Of a DNA stretch of 42,311 nucleotides, positions 35,232 through 42,311 are shown in pieces (position 1 is the first letter of the stretch; each line of letters opens with the position of its first letter). The stretch spans positions 1 through 42,311 of the forward strand of contig JBEKEJ010000001.1 in assembly GCA_050013895.1 (NCBI GenBank), in the 5' to 3' direction. The translations under genes were made by a program, and so were the position numbers. The notes beneath the pieces were generated by a model, which was given only the letters and a program-made list of their open reading frames with translations, did not search any database and had not been told where the DNA came from. Source of the DNA: Verrucomicrobiota bacterium (GTDB lineage Bacteria; Verrucomicrobiota; Verrucomicrobiia; Limisphaerales; UBA11358).

Positions 35232-35734
35232 GGCGCGGTTTCGGCGGCCGCCTCAAACGTGAACAGCAGCGGCAAATGCGTTTCCTTGCGGCGCGATTTC
35301 AGTTCCAGCTCCCAGCGCCACGCGCTGACCGGTCCGCGCTTGTCCAGCACCATTTGCGACGCGTTGACGGTCGGCAGCAGCGACTCCGAAAAATCCGATG
35401 ACGCCAGTTGACGGTGGATTTCACCGGCACTAAAACTGTAGAGAATCGCATTCGTTCCATGGGGAATCCGCAAAAACTCTCCCTGCGACGTGGTCTCGAC
35501 GGTGATCTTTCCCGTAGCGCTGCGGACATCCGCGCGCCAGCGCTCGCCCGCGCGCAACGCGGCGGAAATATCGTCCGTGGCATAGAGCAGCGCCTTCGAG
35601 TTGTCCCAGCAAAGGAAGAACGTCGCCAGGCCCAGGCCTAGGATCAAAGCGAAGATGGCGATGTAAACGATGCACTCCAGCAAAAGGACGCCGGTTTGGT
35701 CGCGGGCGCCGGAGATGGACGGTGGCAGTTTCAT
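35228..35734 (-). CDS. Minor pseudopilin-like protein
   Basis: In DQTG/VLLLECIVYIAIFALILG, Gly precedes a hydrophobic helix with Glu at +5, the canonical prepilin peptidase context. 168 aa, with ATGA overlaps at both ends. Confidence 0.55.
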   Translation of the reverse strand: MKLPPSISGARDQTGVLLLECIVYIAIFALILGLGLATFFLCWDNSKALLYATDDISAALRAGERWRADVRSATGKITVETTSQGEFLRIPHGTNAILYSFSAGEIHRQLASSDFSESLLPTVNASQMVLDKRGPVSAWRWELELKSRRKETHLPLLFTFEAAAETAP

Positions 35735-36126
35735 TTGACGGTGATTTCACGGACGACCGGGCCGATGCCCCGCCGTTTGTCCGATTGCCATTCCAGGCGC
35801 AGATGTTTGCCGGTCCTGGTCAATTGAAAATGGCCGGACGGCAGGCGGGCGGCGGCATTGGCATGGACCGGGTAAACCTGCGCACCGTCCGGGACATCCC
35901 GCCATTCGCCGGCGGCCAAAACCTCCATTTCGCCGTCCACGATTTCCACGGCGACGGCGCGACAATATTCGGCGCGGAGCAATTGCTTTTCATGCGCAAA
36001 TGAAAACGCCACCGGCAAGATAGCCAGCGTCAAAATCGCCATGCCAACGATCAGATCGGTCATCAAAAAATAACCGCGCTCGCGGTGATGCCAGTGACGG
36101 AATGATTGCTCGATTTTTGTTTTCAC
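35731..36126 (-). CDS. Divergent pseudopilin-like protein
   Basis: The GTG at 36126 overlaps the upstream TGA (GTGA). HHRERGYFLMTDLIVGMAILTLAILPV has a Gly followed by a hydrophobic helix, but with Asp at +6 instead of Glu at +5. Confidence 0.45.
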   Translation of the reverse strand: MKTKIEQSFRHWHHRERGYFLMTDLIVGMAILTLAILPVAFSFAHEKQLLRAEYCRAVAVEIVDGEMEVLAAGEWRDVPDGAQVYPVHANAAARLPSGHFQLTRTGKHLRLEWQSDKRRGIGPVVREITVK

Positions 36127-37358
36127 ATGCTTGCCAGCATTGCATTTAAGATGCCCACAATAAGGCCAAACATGGCCGTAGTAATCAGTGCGACGACCAA
36201 ACCATTCCAAATCACCAGCCCGGTGGTGAGGGCGTGCGCGGTGGCTTCCTCCTGCTGGAAGGCCTTGGCATCAAGTGCTTCGTGCCAGCCGCGCAGTGCC
36301 CCCAAAAATCCGCCGCGGGTCCCGCTTTGCGTCACCGCGTTCGCCAGTCGCCAGTGAAATTCACCGCTGTCGTCGAACGCGCGGACGGCTTCGTCGAGCT
36401 TGACACCTTTTTCGAGCGCGGCGATGACGCACCTGGCACGACGGCGGCAGATTTCGTTGTCGGTGCAATCACCCGCCAGCCGGACAGCTTCGCTTTCCGG
36501 CACACCGCCATCAAGCAGCACGGTAAGCATGGCGGAGAATGTCCGTTGCAACCTTTTCTGTTTCCAGGGAATGTGCCACGCAGTCCAGTCCACGAACGGA
36601 AAACCTCGGAATTGGAACCAACGCGCCAATCGCGGCCCGCCGACGTACAGTAGGGTGGCCGATGTCAGCAGCAGGACGAGGACGATTTCAAAGCCAATCA
36701 ACCAGCCGACGTTAGCAAAGAGGAATTGTGCCAGCGGCCATGCCGGAGCATCCATGTCTTCGGCGACTTCCTTGAAGCGGGGAACAACAAAAATCATTGC
36801 AAACAAAATCCAGCCAACAGCGGCGGGTGAGAAGAACAGCGCGACGACCATCATGTAATGCACCGCGCTACGCACTGCCTCCGGCCGGTCCCGCAGGATT
36901 TCGCGGCAAGCCGACAGGCCCCGCCGAAAATCACCGAGCCTTTCGCCGGCACGGAGCATGGCGCAGATTTGTGGCGGCAGAAAACGCGGCACCTCTTCCA
37001 GTGCCGGGCCGAAACGCAGGCCGCTCTCGATATGTGCCGCGAGCAGGTAAAAACGCACGCCAACGGTACGGTCGTGAGTTTGCGCCAAGGAAAGAATCAT
37101 GGCCTCGACAGACTGGCCGCGATTCAGCGCCCCTTCCAGCAAATCGAGAAAAAGGCGGGCGCGTTCCGCCCGGCGCATTGGGAGGGTAAGCAGATAATGA
37201 ATTACAAAAATGCCACCCGACATAATCGCCAATCCAATGAGAAACGAAATCGCGACAACCACCAATCGGACCCATGTACTAACGGCCGAACTTGGGTCGC
37301 CAGAACTAAAAATCTGCCCAAAGACTGGCGTGAAGACGATGTTCGCATTCATTATCAT
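36123..37358 (-). CDS. Type II secretion system F-family platform protein, paralogue B (two T2SSF domains, extra N-terminal TM)
   Basis: The ATG at 37358 lies 8 nt after GGAGA; the alternative GTG at 37376 overlaps the upstream gene. Two GspF-like repeats are present (LLEGALNRGQSVEAMI...MLRAGERLGDF and LLDGGVPESEAVRLAG...), each followed by TM segments. Confidence 0.75.
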   Translation of the reverse strand: MIMNANIVFTPVFGQIFSSGDPSSAVSTWVRLVVVAISFLIGLAIMSGGIFVIHYLLTLPMRRAERARLFLDLLEGALNRGQSVEAMILSLAQTHDRTVGVRFYLLAAHIESGLRFGPALEEVPRFLPPQICAMLRAGERLGDFRRGLSACREILRDRPEAVRSAVHYMMVVALFFSPAAVGWILFAMIFVVPRFKEVAEDMDAPAWPLAQFLFANVGWLIGFEIVLVLLLTSATLLYVGGPRLARWFQFRGFPFVDWTAWHIPWKQKRLQRTFSAMLTVLLDGGVPESEAVRLAGDCTDNEICRRRARCVIAALEKGVKLDEAVRAFDDSGEFHWRLANAVTQSGTRGGFLGALRGWHEALDAKAFQQEEATAHALTTGLVIWNGLVVALITTAMFGLIVGILNAMLASM

Positions 37359-37362
37359 AGCC

Positions 37363-38349
37363 TTAATCTCCGACACCGCTCAATGACTGGATAAACGCCA
37401 TTAACGCCGCAAACACAGGTTGAATTTGGGATATGATCATCGCGGCCAGAGCCAAAATTGAACACGGCAGCGCCGAATAAAGCAGCAGTTCCGAGCGGTA
37501 CATGGCGCGAGCATGAAACAGTTCCGCCGCCCGCTGGAACCCGGCGGTCAAATCTTCACCGGACTGCGCCACCGTCCAGATGAAGAGCGGCGGAAACGCC
37601 CCGCCTGGGACCGCCATTTCGGAAAATTTTCCCCGCCCCGCCGCCAGCCGCTGACGCCACTGCGCGATTTCCCGTTCCGCGCACGTCCCGGTTTCCAGTT
37701 GCTCCACGAGCGCCAGGGCGTCGTCGAGAGCCACGCCATTCTTGAGCATCAGCCACAGGGCGGAGGCGACTTCCGCGAGACTCGCTTCCCTGAATGCCGG
37801 CAGCCGCCAGCGCAATATCCGGCGCGCGGGCGAAGCGGCAAGCGCGATCAAAATCGCCACCACGGACAAGCCGATAAACACCGGCGACATCCACAAACCG
37901 GCTGAAACCGCCGGCAGCGAAGAATTGCCCACGAGAGAAATCAGATTGTTCCAAATGAAGGTGCTCAGGATGAACGATAAAAAGCACGACAGCAAAAAGG
38001 CCGCCGACAAGACGATGAGAGGATAAACCATCAGACCCTTCAGTCGCGTCCCCAGCAAGTGACGGCGCTGGAAATAATCCGCGAGCATGGTCAGCGCGCC
38101 GGGCAGGTCGCCGCTTTTGACGCCGACAAGAACCATCCGCTTGTAAAGTTCGGGCAACTGGCGCGATTTCAACGCGTCGGCCATCGGCGCGCCTTTGGCG
38201 AGGTCGGCTTCGAGGATTTGCAATTCCCCGCGCAGCCTGCCGCGGCGCATTTCATCGCAGAGCCGCCGCAGCGCGCCTTCGAGCGGGATGCCGTCGCGCA
38301 GCATTGCCGCCAGTTGTTGGTTGAAGAAGGCCAGTTCGTCGTATTTCAT
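37363..38349 (-). CDS. gspF: Type II secretion system F-family platform protein, paralogue A
   Basis: MKYDELAFFNQQLAAMLRDGIPLEGALRRL...VLVGVKSGDLPGALTMLADYF and a second repeat LMLKNGVALDDALALV...WTVAQSGEDLTAGFQRAAELF. TM segments follow each repeat. Confidence 0.8.
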   Translation of the reverse strand: MKYDELAFFNQQLAAMLRDGIPLEGALRRLCDEMRRGRLRGELQILEADLAKGAPMADALKSRQLPELYKRMVLVGVKSGDLPGALTMLADYFQRRHLLGTRLKGLMVYPLIVLSAAFLLSCFLSFILSTFIWNNLISLVGNSSLPAVSAGLWMSPVFIGLSVVAILIALAASPARRILRWRLPAFREASLAEVASALWLMLKNGVALDDALALVEQLETGTCAEREIAQWRQRLAAGRGKFSEMAVPGGAFPPLFIWTVAQSGEDLTAGFQRAAELFHARAMYRSELLLYSALPCSILALAAMIISQIQPVFAALMAFIQSLSGVGD

Positions 38350-38355
38350 ATTCTT

Positions 38356-38439
38356 AGTGGCACGGGCGTCTCGCCCGTGAGTTGCTCCTGTTGCATATCG
38401 TTTTTTTCAGAAACGCACGGGCGGGACACCCGCGCCACT
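38356..38439. repeat. GC-rich REP-like element between gspE-like and gspF-like genes (HGRDTRAT-type junk translation)
   Basis: AGTGGCACGGGCGTCTCGCCCGTG (38356-38379) pairs with CACGGGCGGGACACCCGCGCCACT (38416-38439) as inverted arms matching at about 20 of 24 positions. The left arm is itself a hairpin (CACGGGCG-tct-CGCCCGTG). Confidence 0.7.
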
Positions 38440-38452
38440 ATGTTCGCCGTGT

Positions 38453-39583
38453 TCATAAGCCAAAAATTCGTTGGATTTCCGCCTCGTTCGTCACGCCCTG
38501 GTCCACGAGCGCGCGCGCCGAGGCCTCCAGCGTTTGCGCCGAAATGAGCGAGGACAATTCGCGCCGGCGGATTTTTTCGCGGATGGCTTCGTTCACCCGC
38601 AGCCATTCGACGAGCGGCACGCGGCCTTGGTAACCAGTGCGGAGACAGGTTTCGCAACCGTTGCCGTGGCACGCGGAACAAAGTTTGCGAATGAGCCGCT
38701 GGTTCAAAACCAATTCCACCGCGCTCGCCACGGCGGAATAATCGGCGCACATCACGAGCAGGCGTTCGAAAACACCGCGGCACGAGCCAGCGTGCAGCGT
38801 CGAAATCACGAGATGCCCGGTCAGCCCGGCGCGGACGGCGAGTTGTGCGGTGGCTTCGTCGCGGACCTCGCCGATGATGAGCACCTGCGGGTCCTGCCGC
38901 AGCAAATGCCTTGCGGCGCGGGCGAAATCGAGGCCAATGGCTTCATTGACCTCGGTCTGCATCGTGCCGGGAACAATTTGCTCCACCGGGTCCTCGACGG
39001 TGATGATGTGGCGTCCGCCGAGTTCGACGAGGTGGCGGAGGCAGGCGTAGATCGTGGTCGTCTTGCCGCTGCCCGCCGGGCCGGTGAGCAGCAGCAAGCC
39101 GGTGGTTTGCCGGAGAAAATGTTCGAGTTCGGCGCCGGTGGCGGCGGGCAGGGACAATTCCCGGAGCGATTTCGCCGAAGACGAATTGAAAAGCCGCAGG
39201 ACGATCTTTTCGCCGGTGACGGTTGGGTAAGTGGCGACGCGGATGTCGTTTTGGATTCCGAGTTCGTCGCGCGAAATGCGGCCATCTTGGGGCAGTGATT
39301 CCTGATACGTCTTGAGCCGCGCCAGAAATTTGATCCGGCCAAAAACGCGTTCGGCCACGTCGGCGGAGAGTTCGCGGCCGGGAACGATCAGGCCGTCAAG
39401 CCGGAAGCCGACCTCGGCGGATTTGCCGCGCATCTGCAGGTGGATGTCGCTGGCCCCGGCGCGTTCGGCCTGATGAACCAGTTGTTCCAGAACTTTCGGC
39501 GCCGAAGTTTCCGGTTCTTTTTCGCCGTTCATTTGTACCATCGCTGAAATCATAAACCAAAATCCATCTTCGCCGCGGCGCAT
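38453..39583 (-). CDS. gspE: GspE/PilB-family secretion ATPase (short form)
   Basis: The ATG at 39583 lies 7 nt after GGAGA. It has GASDIHL, Walker A LLLLTGPAGSGKTTT, Asp box VEDPVE, Walker B VLIIGEVRD, His box GHLVISTLH and the tetracysteine CSACHGNGCETC. Confidence 0.9.
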   Translation of the reverse strand: MRRGEDGFWFMISAMVQMNGEKEPETSAPKVLEQLVHQAERAGASDIHLQMRGKSAEVGFRLDGLIVPGRELSADVAERVFGRIKFLARLKTYQESLPQDGRISRDELGIQNDIRVATYPTVTGEKIVLRLFNSSSAKSLRELSLPAATGAELEHFLRQTTGLLLLTGPAGSGKTTTIYACLRHLVELGGRHIITVEDPVEQIVPGTMQTEVNEAIGLDFARAARHLLRQDPQVLIIGEVRDEATAQLAVRAGLTGHLVISTLHAGSCRGVFERLLVMCADYSAVASAVELVLNQRLIRKLCSACHGNGCETCLRTGYQGRVPLVEWLRVNEAIREKIRRRELSSLISAQTLEASARALVDQGVTNEAEIQRIFGL

Positions 39584-39621
39584 CGGCAATTCTCCGGCGG
39601 TTTGCCGCGGGCCATTTCAAT

Positions 39622-40500
39622 TCACTGGTCGGCGATCAAATGGTGCATTCCATGTTCGTCCGCCATAAACACGCGAAGATGATCCGGAAATTGCGCCAAT
39701 TCACGCCGGAGCACGCGGGCGTCCTGCAATACGGCCTGGGATGCCGGCCAAAGCGCCAGGGCAAACAACAAAACGGCAAGGGCCATTGCCCCACCCCGGA
39801 CCCAGCTCGGGAAAAATGCCGGCGGCGGCCGCCCGGCAAAGCCCGGGCGCAGTCGGGCGCGCACGTGTGGCGGAAAATGTTTCCAATACTCTTCCGTTCG
39901 CGCCGGCAGTGGAATGCTTTTCAGTCTCGATTCCAGATCAAAATCGTTCATCGTTTTTCTCCGGTGGCGGTCAGCCAGCGTTTTTAATTTCCGTTTGGCG
40001 GCGAACACGCGCCAGGAAACCGTCGTCTCCGAACAGCGCAGAATCTTTGCCGCCTCCGCGTGACTCAGGCCATCGTAAATCGTCAGGGCAACCGCCGCGC
40101 GCTGTTTGGCCGGCAATTTCATCAGCGCCGCCTGCGCCCGCTGGACCATTTCACTTTCAGCCGGCGACGTTCCCGTTTCGACCTGCCGGCCGGTCATTTC
40201 TCTGGCGCAGTTGGATTGGGCTCGAAAACGCCGCGCCTCGTCCCGGCGCCAGTTCAGACAGGCGTGGACGGCGATACTGCAAAGCCACGTGGAAAATTTC
40301 GAGCGGGCGTTGAAGGAGCCGATCTGTTCATAGGCGCGAAGGAACGTCTCCTGTGCCAAATCTTCCGCGTCGGCGGGCGATCCCGTCATCCGAAATGTCA
40401 GCGCATGAACCATTTGTTGATGATTTCGCACCAGCGCCTCAAAAGCCGACGTGTCGCCATTTTGACTTTGCAACACCAGATCGTCGTCGGCGTCGGCCAT
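39622..40500 (-). CDS. ECF-type sigma-70 factor fused in frame to an anti-sigma-like single-TM domain
   Basis: The ATG at 40500 gives MADADDDLVLQSQNGDTSAFEALVRNHQQMVHALTFRM..AEDLAQETFLRAY (region 2) and LSHAEAAKILRCSETTVSWRVFAAKRKL (region 4). With no stop it continues into MNDFDLESRLKSIPLP...GGAMALAVLLFALALWPA (ATG at 39951). Confidence 0.8.
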   Translation of the reverse strand: MADADDDLVLQSQNGDTSAFEALVRNHQQMVHALTFRMTGSPADAEDLAQETFLRAYEQIGSFNARSKFSTWLCSIAVHACLNWRRDEARRFRAQSNCAREMTGRQVETGTSPAESEMVQRAQAALMKLPAKQRAAVALTIYDGLSHAEAAKILRCSETTVSWRVFAAKRKLKTLADRHRRKTMNDFDLESRLKSIPLPARTEEYWKHFPPHVRARLRPGFAGRPPPAFFPSWVRGGAMALAVLLFALALWPASQAVLQDARVLRRELAQFPDHLRVFMADEHGMHHLIADQ

Positions 40501-40640
40501 GCAGGATGCGTTTGAAAACTTTGAACCCGAAGACCACCGAATCCTTTGAATTATTTGTCCGCCGCGACCGGAAGCGGGGGTTTCGACAGCGCTGCCCTTG
40601 GAAATTGACAGCGCAAATGTGTTCATGCAGTTGGTTATGA

Positions 40641-40756
40641 ACCACGAAACACACGAACTGCACGAAAAAGGGCATGAACAACACCCCTTCACTTCACCGC
40701 AAAAATAATTTTCTGTATTTTGCCTTTTCCTTCGGGTGGTTCGTGCATTTCGTGGT
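40641..40756. repeat. REP-like element with 18-nt inverted arms (HETHELHEK-type junk translation)
   Basis: ACCACGAAACACACGAAC (40641-40658) pairs with GTTCGTGCATTTCGTGGT (40739-40756), reverse complements with 2 mismatches and an 80-nt spacer. Confidence 0.65.
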
Positions 40757-40765
40757 CAAAGAATT

Positions 40766-41341
40766 TCAAAAATAATCCGGCTCGTTGCCGGCCTGCCATT
40801 TGATGTTGCAACCCATGCTGGCCTTCTGATTCGGTGAAACGGGTCTGCCGGCCAGCACGGCGTCCAGGGCGGCGCGCAAATCCTTTCCCGTCACCGGAAT
40901 GCCGTTGCCGGGACGGCTGTCATCAAGCTGGCCGCGATAGACGAGCCTGCGGCCCCGGTCAAAAAGGTAAATGTCCGGCGTGCAGGCGGCGCGGTAGGCC
41001 TTGGCGACGGCCTGCGATTCGTCGTAAAGATACGGGAACAAATAGCCGGCGGACTTCACTTCGCCTTTCATCTTCGCCGGACTGTCGTCGGGATAATTCG
41101 TCACGTCATTGGAATTGATGCCAACCATGGCGACGCGCCTCGGCAGGTAATCACGCGCGAGCTGCGCGAGCCCGGCGCGGATGTGTTTCACGTAGGGACA
41201 ATGGTTGCAAATGAACAAGACCAGCAGCGCGGGCTGGTCCGGGAAGTCCGCCAGCGAGACGGTTTTTCCGTTCGTGTCCGGCAATTTGAAATCAGGCGCC
41301 GCCGTGCCAAGCGGCAGCATGGTGGAGGGTGTCAAGGCCAT
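40766..41341 (-). CDS. Thioredoxin-fold thiol-disulfide oxidoreductase (AhpC/TSA-redoxin family)
   Basis: GTAAPDFKLPDTNGKTVSLADF..ALLVLFICNHCPYVKH carries a CxxC motif, followed by TPDIYLFD. Confidence 0.8.
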   Translation of the reverse strand: MALTPSTMLPLGTAAPDFKLPDTNGKTVSLADFPDQPALLVLFICNHCPYVKHIRAGLAQLARDYLPRRVAMVGINSNDVTNYPDDSPAKMKGEVKSAGYLFPYLYDESQAVAKAYRAACTPDIYLFDRGRRLVYRGQLDDSRPGNGIPVTGKDLRAALDAVLAGRPVSPNQKASMGCNIKWQAGNEPDYF

Positions 41342-41426
41342 GCCTCAAATATAGGTTCAAAGTCCAAAGTTCAAAGTCCAAAGTCTCCTCTTGAATCTCG
41401 CGCCGGTGAGTAACGAATTTGCGCTG

Positions 41427-41535
41427 GACACGGAGCGCGGCGTTCACGCCGCTTCCACGTGCGAAACGATATCGGGCGGGCATTTTCAGCGCTCCGTCAC
41501 TGCAGAAGGTCAAGCGGGCTGAAGCCCGCGCCCCG
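41427..41535. repeat. REP-like GC-rich element (RAEARAP-type junk translation)
   Basis: ACGGAGCGC (about 41430-41438) pairs with GCGCTCCGT (about 41490-41498). A second hairpin GCGGGC-tgaa-GCCCGC spans 41514-41529. Confidence 0.55.
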
Positions 41536-41571
41536 TTACCCATTTTCGCGAGCCTCAATAATTAACGATCG

Positions 41572-42186
41572 TTGATTCGCGATTTACGCGACCGGCGTGA
41601 ACGGTGGAAATGGCTCGTAAATCGTAAATCGCATATCGTAAATTTGAACGCCTTGAAGAACATCGTCTATTTCGATCTCGAAACACAGAAGTCCGCCGAG
41701 GAGGTGGGTGGCTGGAACCACATTGCCCGCATGGGCATGAGCATCGGCGTGACCTTCGGCACTGCGCGCGGCGATTACAAAATTTACGGCGAGAAACAGG
41801 TTAATGATTTGCTGACGGACCTGCAACGGGCCGATCTCATCGTGGGCTTCAACATTTTGCGGTTCGACTACGAGGTATTGCACGGCTACACGCCGTTCGA
41901 TCTGCGCCAGCTCCCGACGTTGGACATGATGGTTGAACTGCACAACAAATTGCAGCACCGGCTCTCGCTGGATGCCATCGCCACGGCGACGTTCGGCGTG
42001 GAAAAGACGGCGGAAGGCATGCAGGCGATTCGCTGGTTCAAGGACGGCAAACTCGCGGAAATCGCGGAGTATTGCTGTTACGACGTGAAAATCACCAAAC
42101 TCGTCCACGAATACGGCCAGCGGCACAAACAACTGCACTACCACAATCGTTTCGGCAAGAAGATGACCGTCCCGGTAAGCTGGTGA
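41572..42186 (+). CDS. DEDDy-type 3'-5' exonuclease / RNase H-like domain protein (start uncertain)
   Basis: IVYFDLETQ (Exo I), IVGFNILRFDYEVL (Exo II) and EYCCYDVKITKLV (Exo III, YxxxD). The TTG at 41572 lies in a REP-like element, so the in-frame TTG at 41644 is an equally plausible start. Confidence 0.7.
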   Translation: MIRDLRDRRERWKWLVNRKSHIVNLNALKNIVYFDLETQKSAEEVGGWNHIARMGMSIGVTFGTARGDYKIYGEKQVNDLLTDLQRADLIVGFNILRFDYEVLHGYTPFDLRQLPTLDMMVELHNKLQHRLSLDAIATATFGVEKTAEGMQAIRWFKDGKLAEIAEYCCYDVKITKLVHEYGQRHKQLHYHNRFGKKMTVPVSW

Positions 42187-42311
42187 GAAGTGAAACGTTG
42201 AATTGTGAACTGTTAAACCCGAAAACCGAGGTTGGGGAGCACACCCGCCCCCGCCTTCGCCTCCGGCTTCCGCGCGGTCGCGTCGAAGCGAAGCGCAGAC
42301 GGATCGGGTGT

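Noticed and set aside
38355-38375. TGGCACGGGCGTCTCGC resembling a sigma-54 -24 element. This seemed relevant because an NtrC-type activator is in the window. Other TGGCAC hits occur at 6611 and 34568.
   Set aside because: No TTGC(A/T) element lies at the required spacing in any of them. The 38355 site is simply the arm of a REP palindrome and faces away from any downstream gene. I found no convincing -24/-12 promoter in the window.
40501-40692. N-terminal extension MKGCCSCPFSCSSCVSWFITNC... of the ECF sigma ORF, superficially a Cys-rich metal-binding or RiPP-like peptide.
   Set aside because: It is the translation of the REP-like element at 40641-40756 and of non-coding spacer. The conserved sigma region 2 starts right after the ATG at 40500.

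Overview
GC-rich 42.3-kb chromosomal window. The gene content points to a PVC-superphylum bacterium, most likely Verrucomicrobiota. This is an inference from H-X9-DG/DUF1559-type pseudopilins, an OmcB-like DUF11 lipoprotein, and many families of short palindromic REP-like elements.

The backbone is housekeeping. It holds a sugar-acid locus (TIM-barrel isomerase, PfkB kinase, LarA-like protein, ExuT-like MFS), cca, and the rpmH-rnpA-yidD-yidC-jag cluster. rpmH is shorter than anything in the ORF track and was found by hand. Also present are an NtrC-type regulator, serA, a parvulin PPIase, a KamA-family radical SAM enzyme, nth, a lipoate-ligase-family protein, a HAD hydrolase, a thioredoxin-like protein and a DEDD exonuclease.

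Unusual content:
1. A complete 2.3-kb IS1595-family element with perfect 21-bp TIRs and an 8-bp target duplication, visibly AT-richer than its flanks, sits in the loop of a REP palindrome. Besides the transposase it carries a proteasome-beta/HslV-type Ntn hydrolase with an intact Thr1/Asp17/Lys constellation and a small membrane ORF. This is my best candidate for an undescribed mobile module.
2. A 66-nt palindromic element is inserted in frame inside cca.
3. A clear homologue of the chlamydial cysteine-rich envelope protein OmcB is present, but with only 9 Cys.
4. A 770-aa EF-hand/multi-TM orphan protein is followed by a decayed copy of its own C-terminal membrane module.
5. A translationally coupled T2SS/T4P-like operon has two full-length GspF paralogues and miniature pseudopilins. 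It is headed by an ECF sigma factor fused in frame to an anti-sigma-like TM domain.

No rRNA, tRNA or CRISPR array was seen. All homology calls come from motif recognition by eye and need profile searches.
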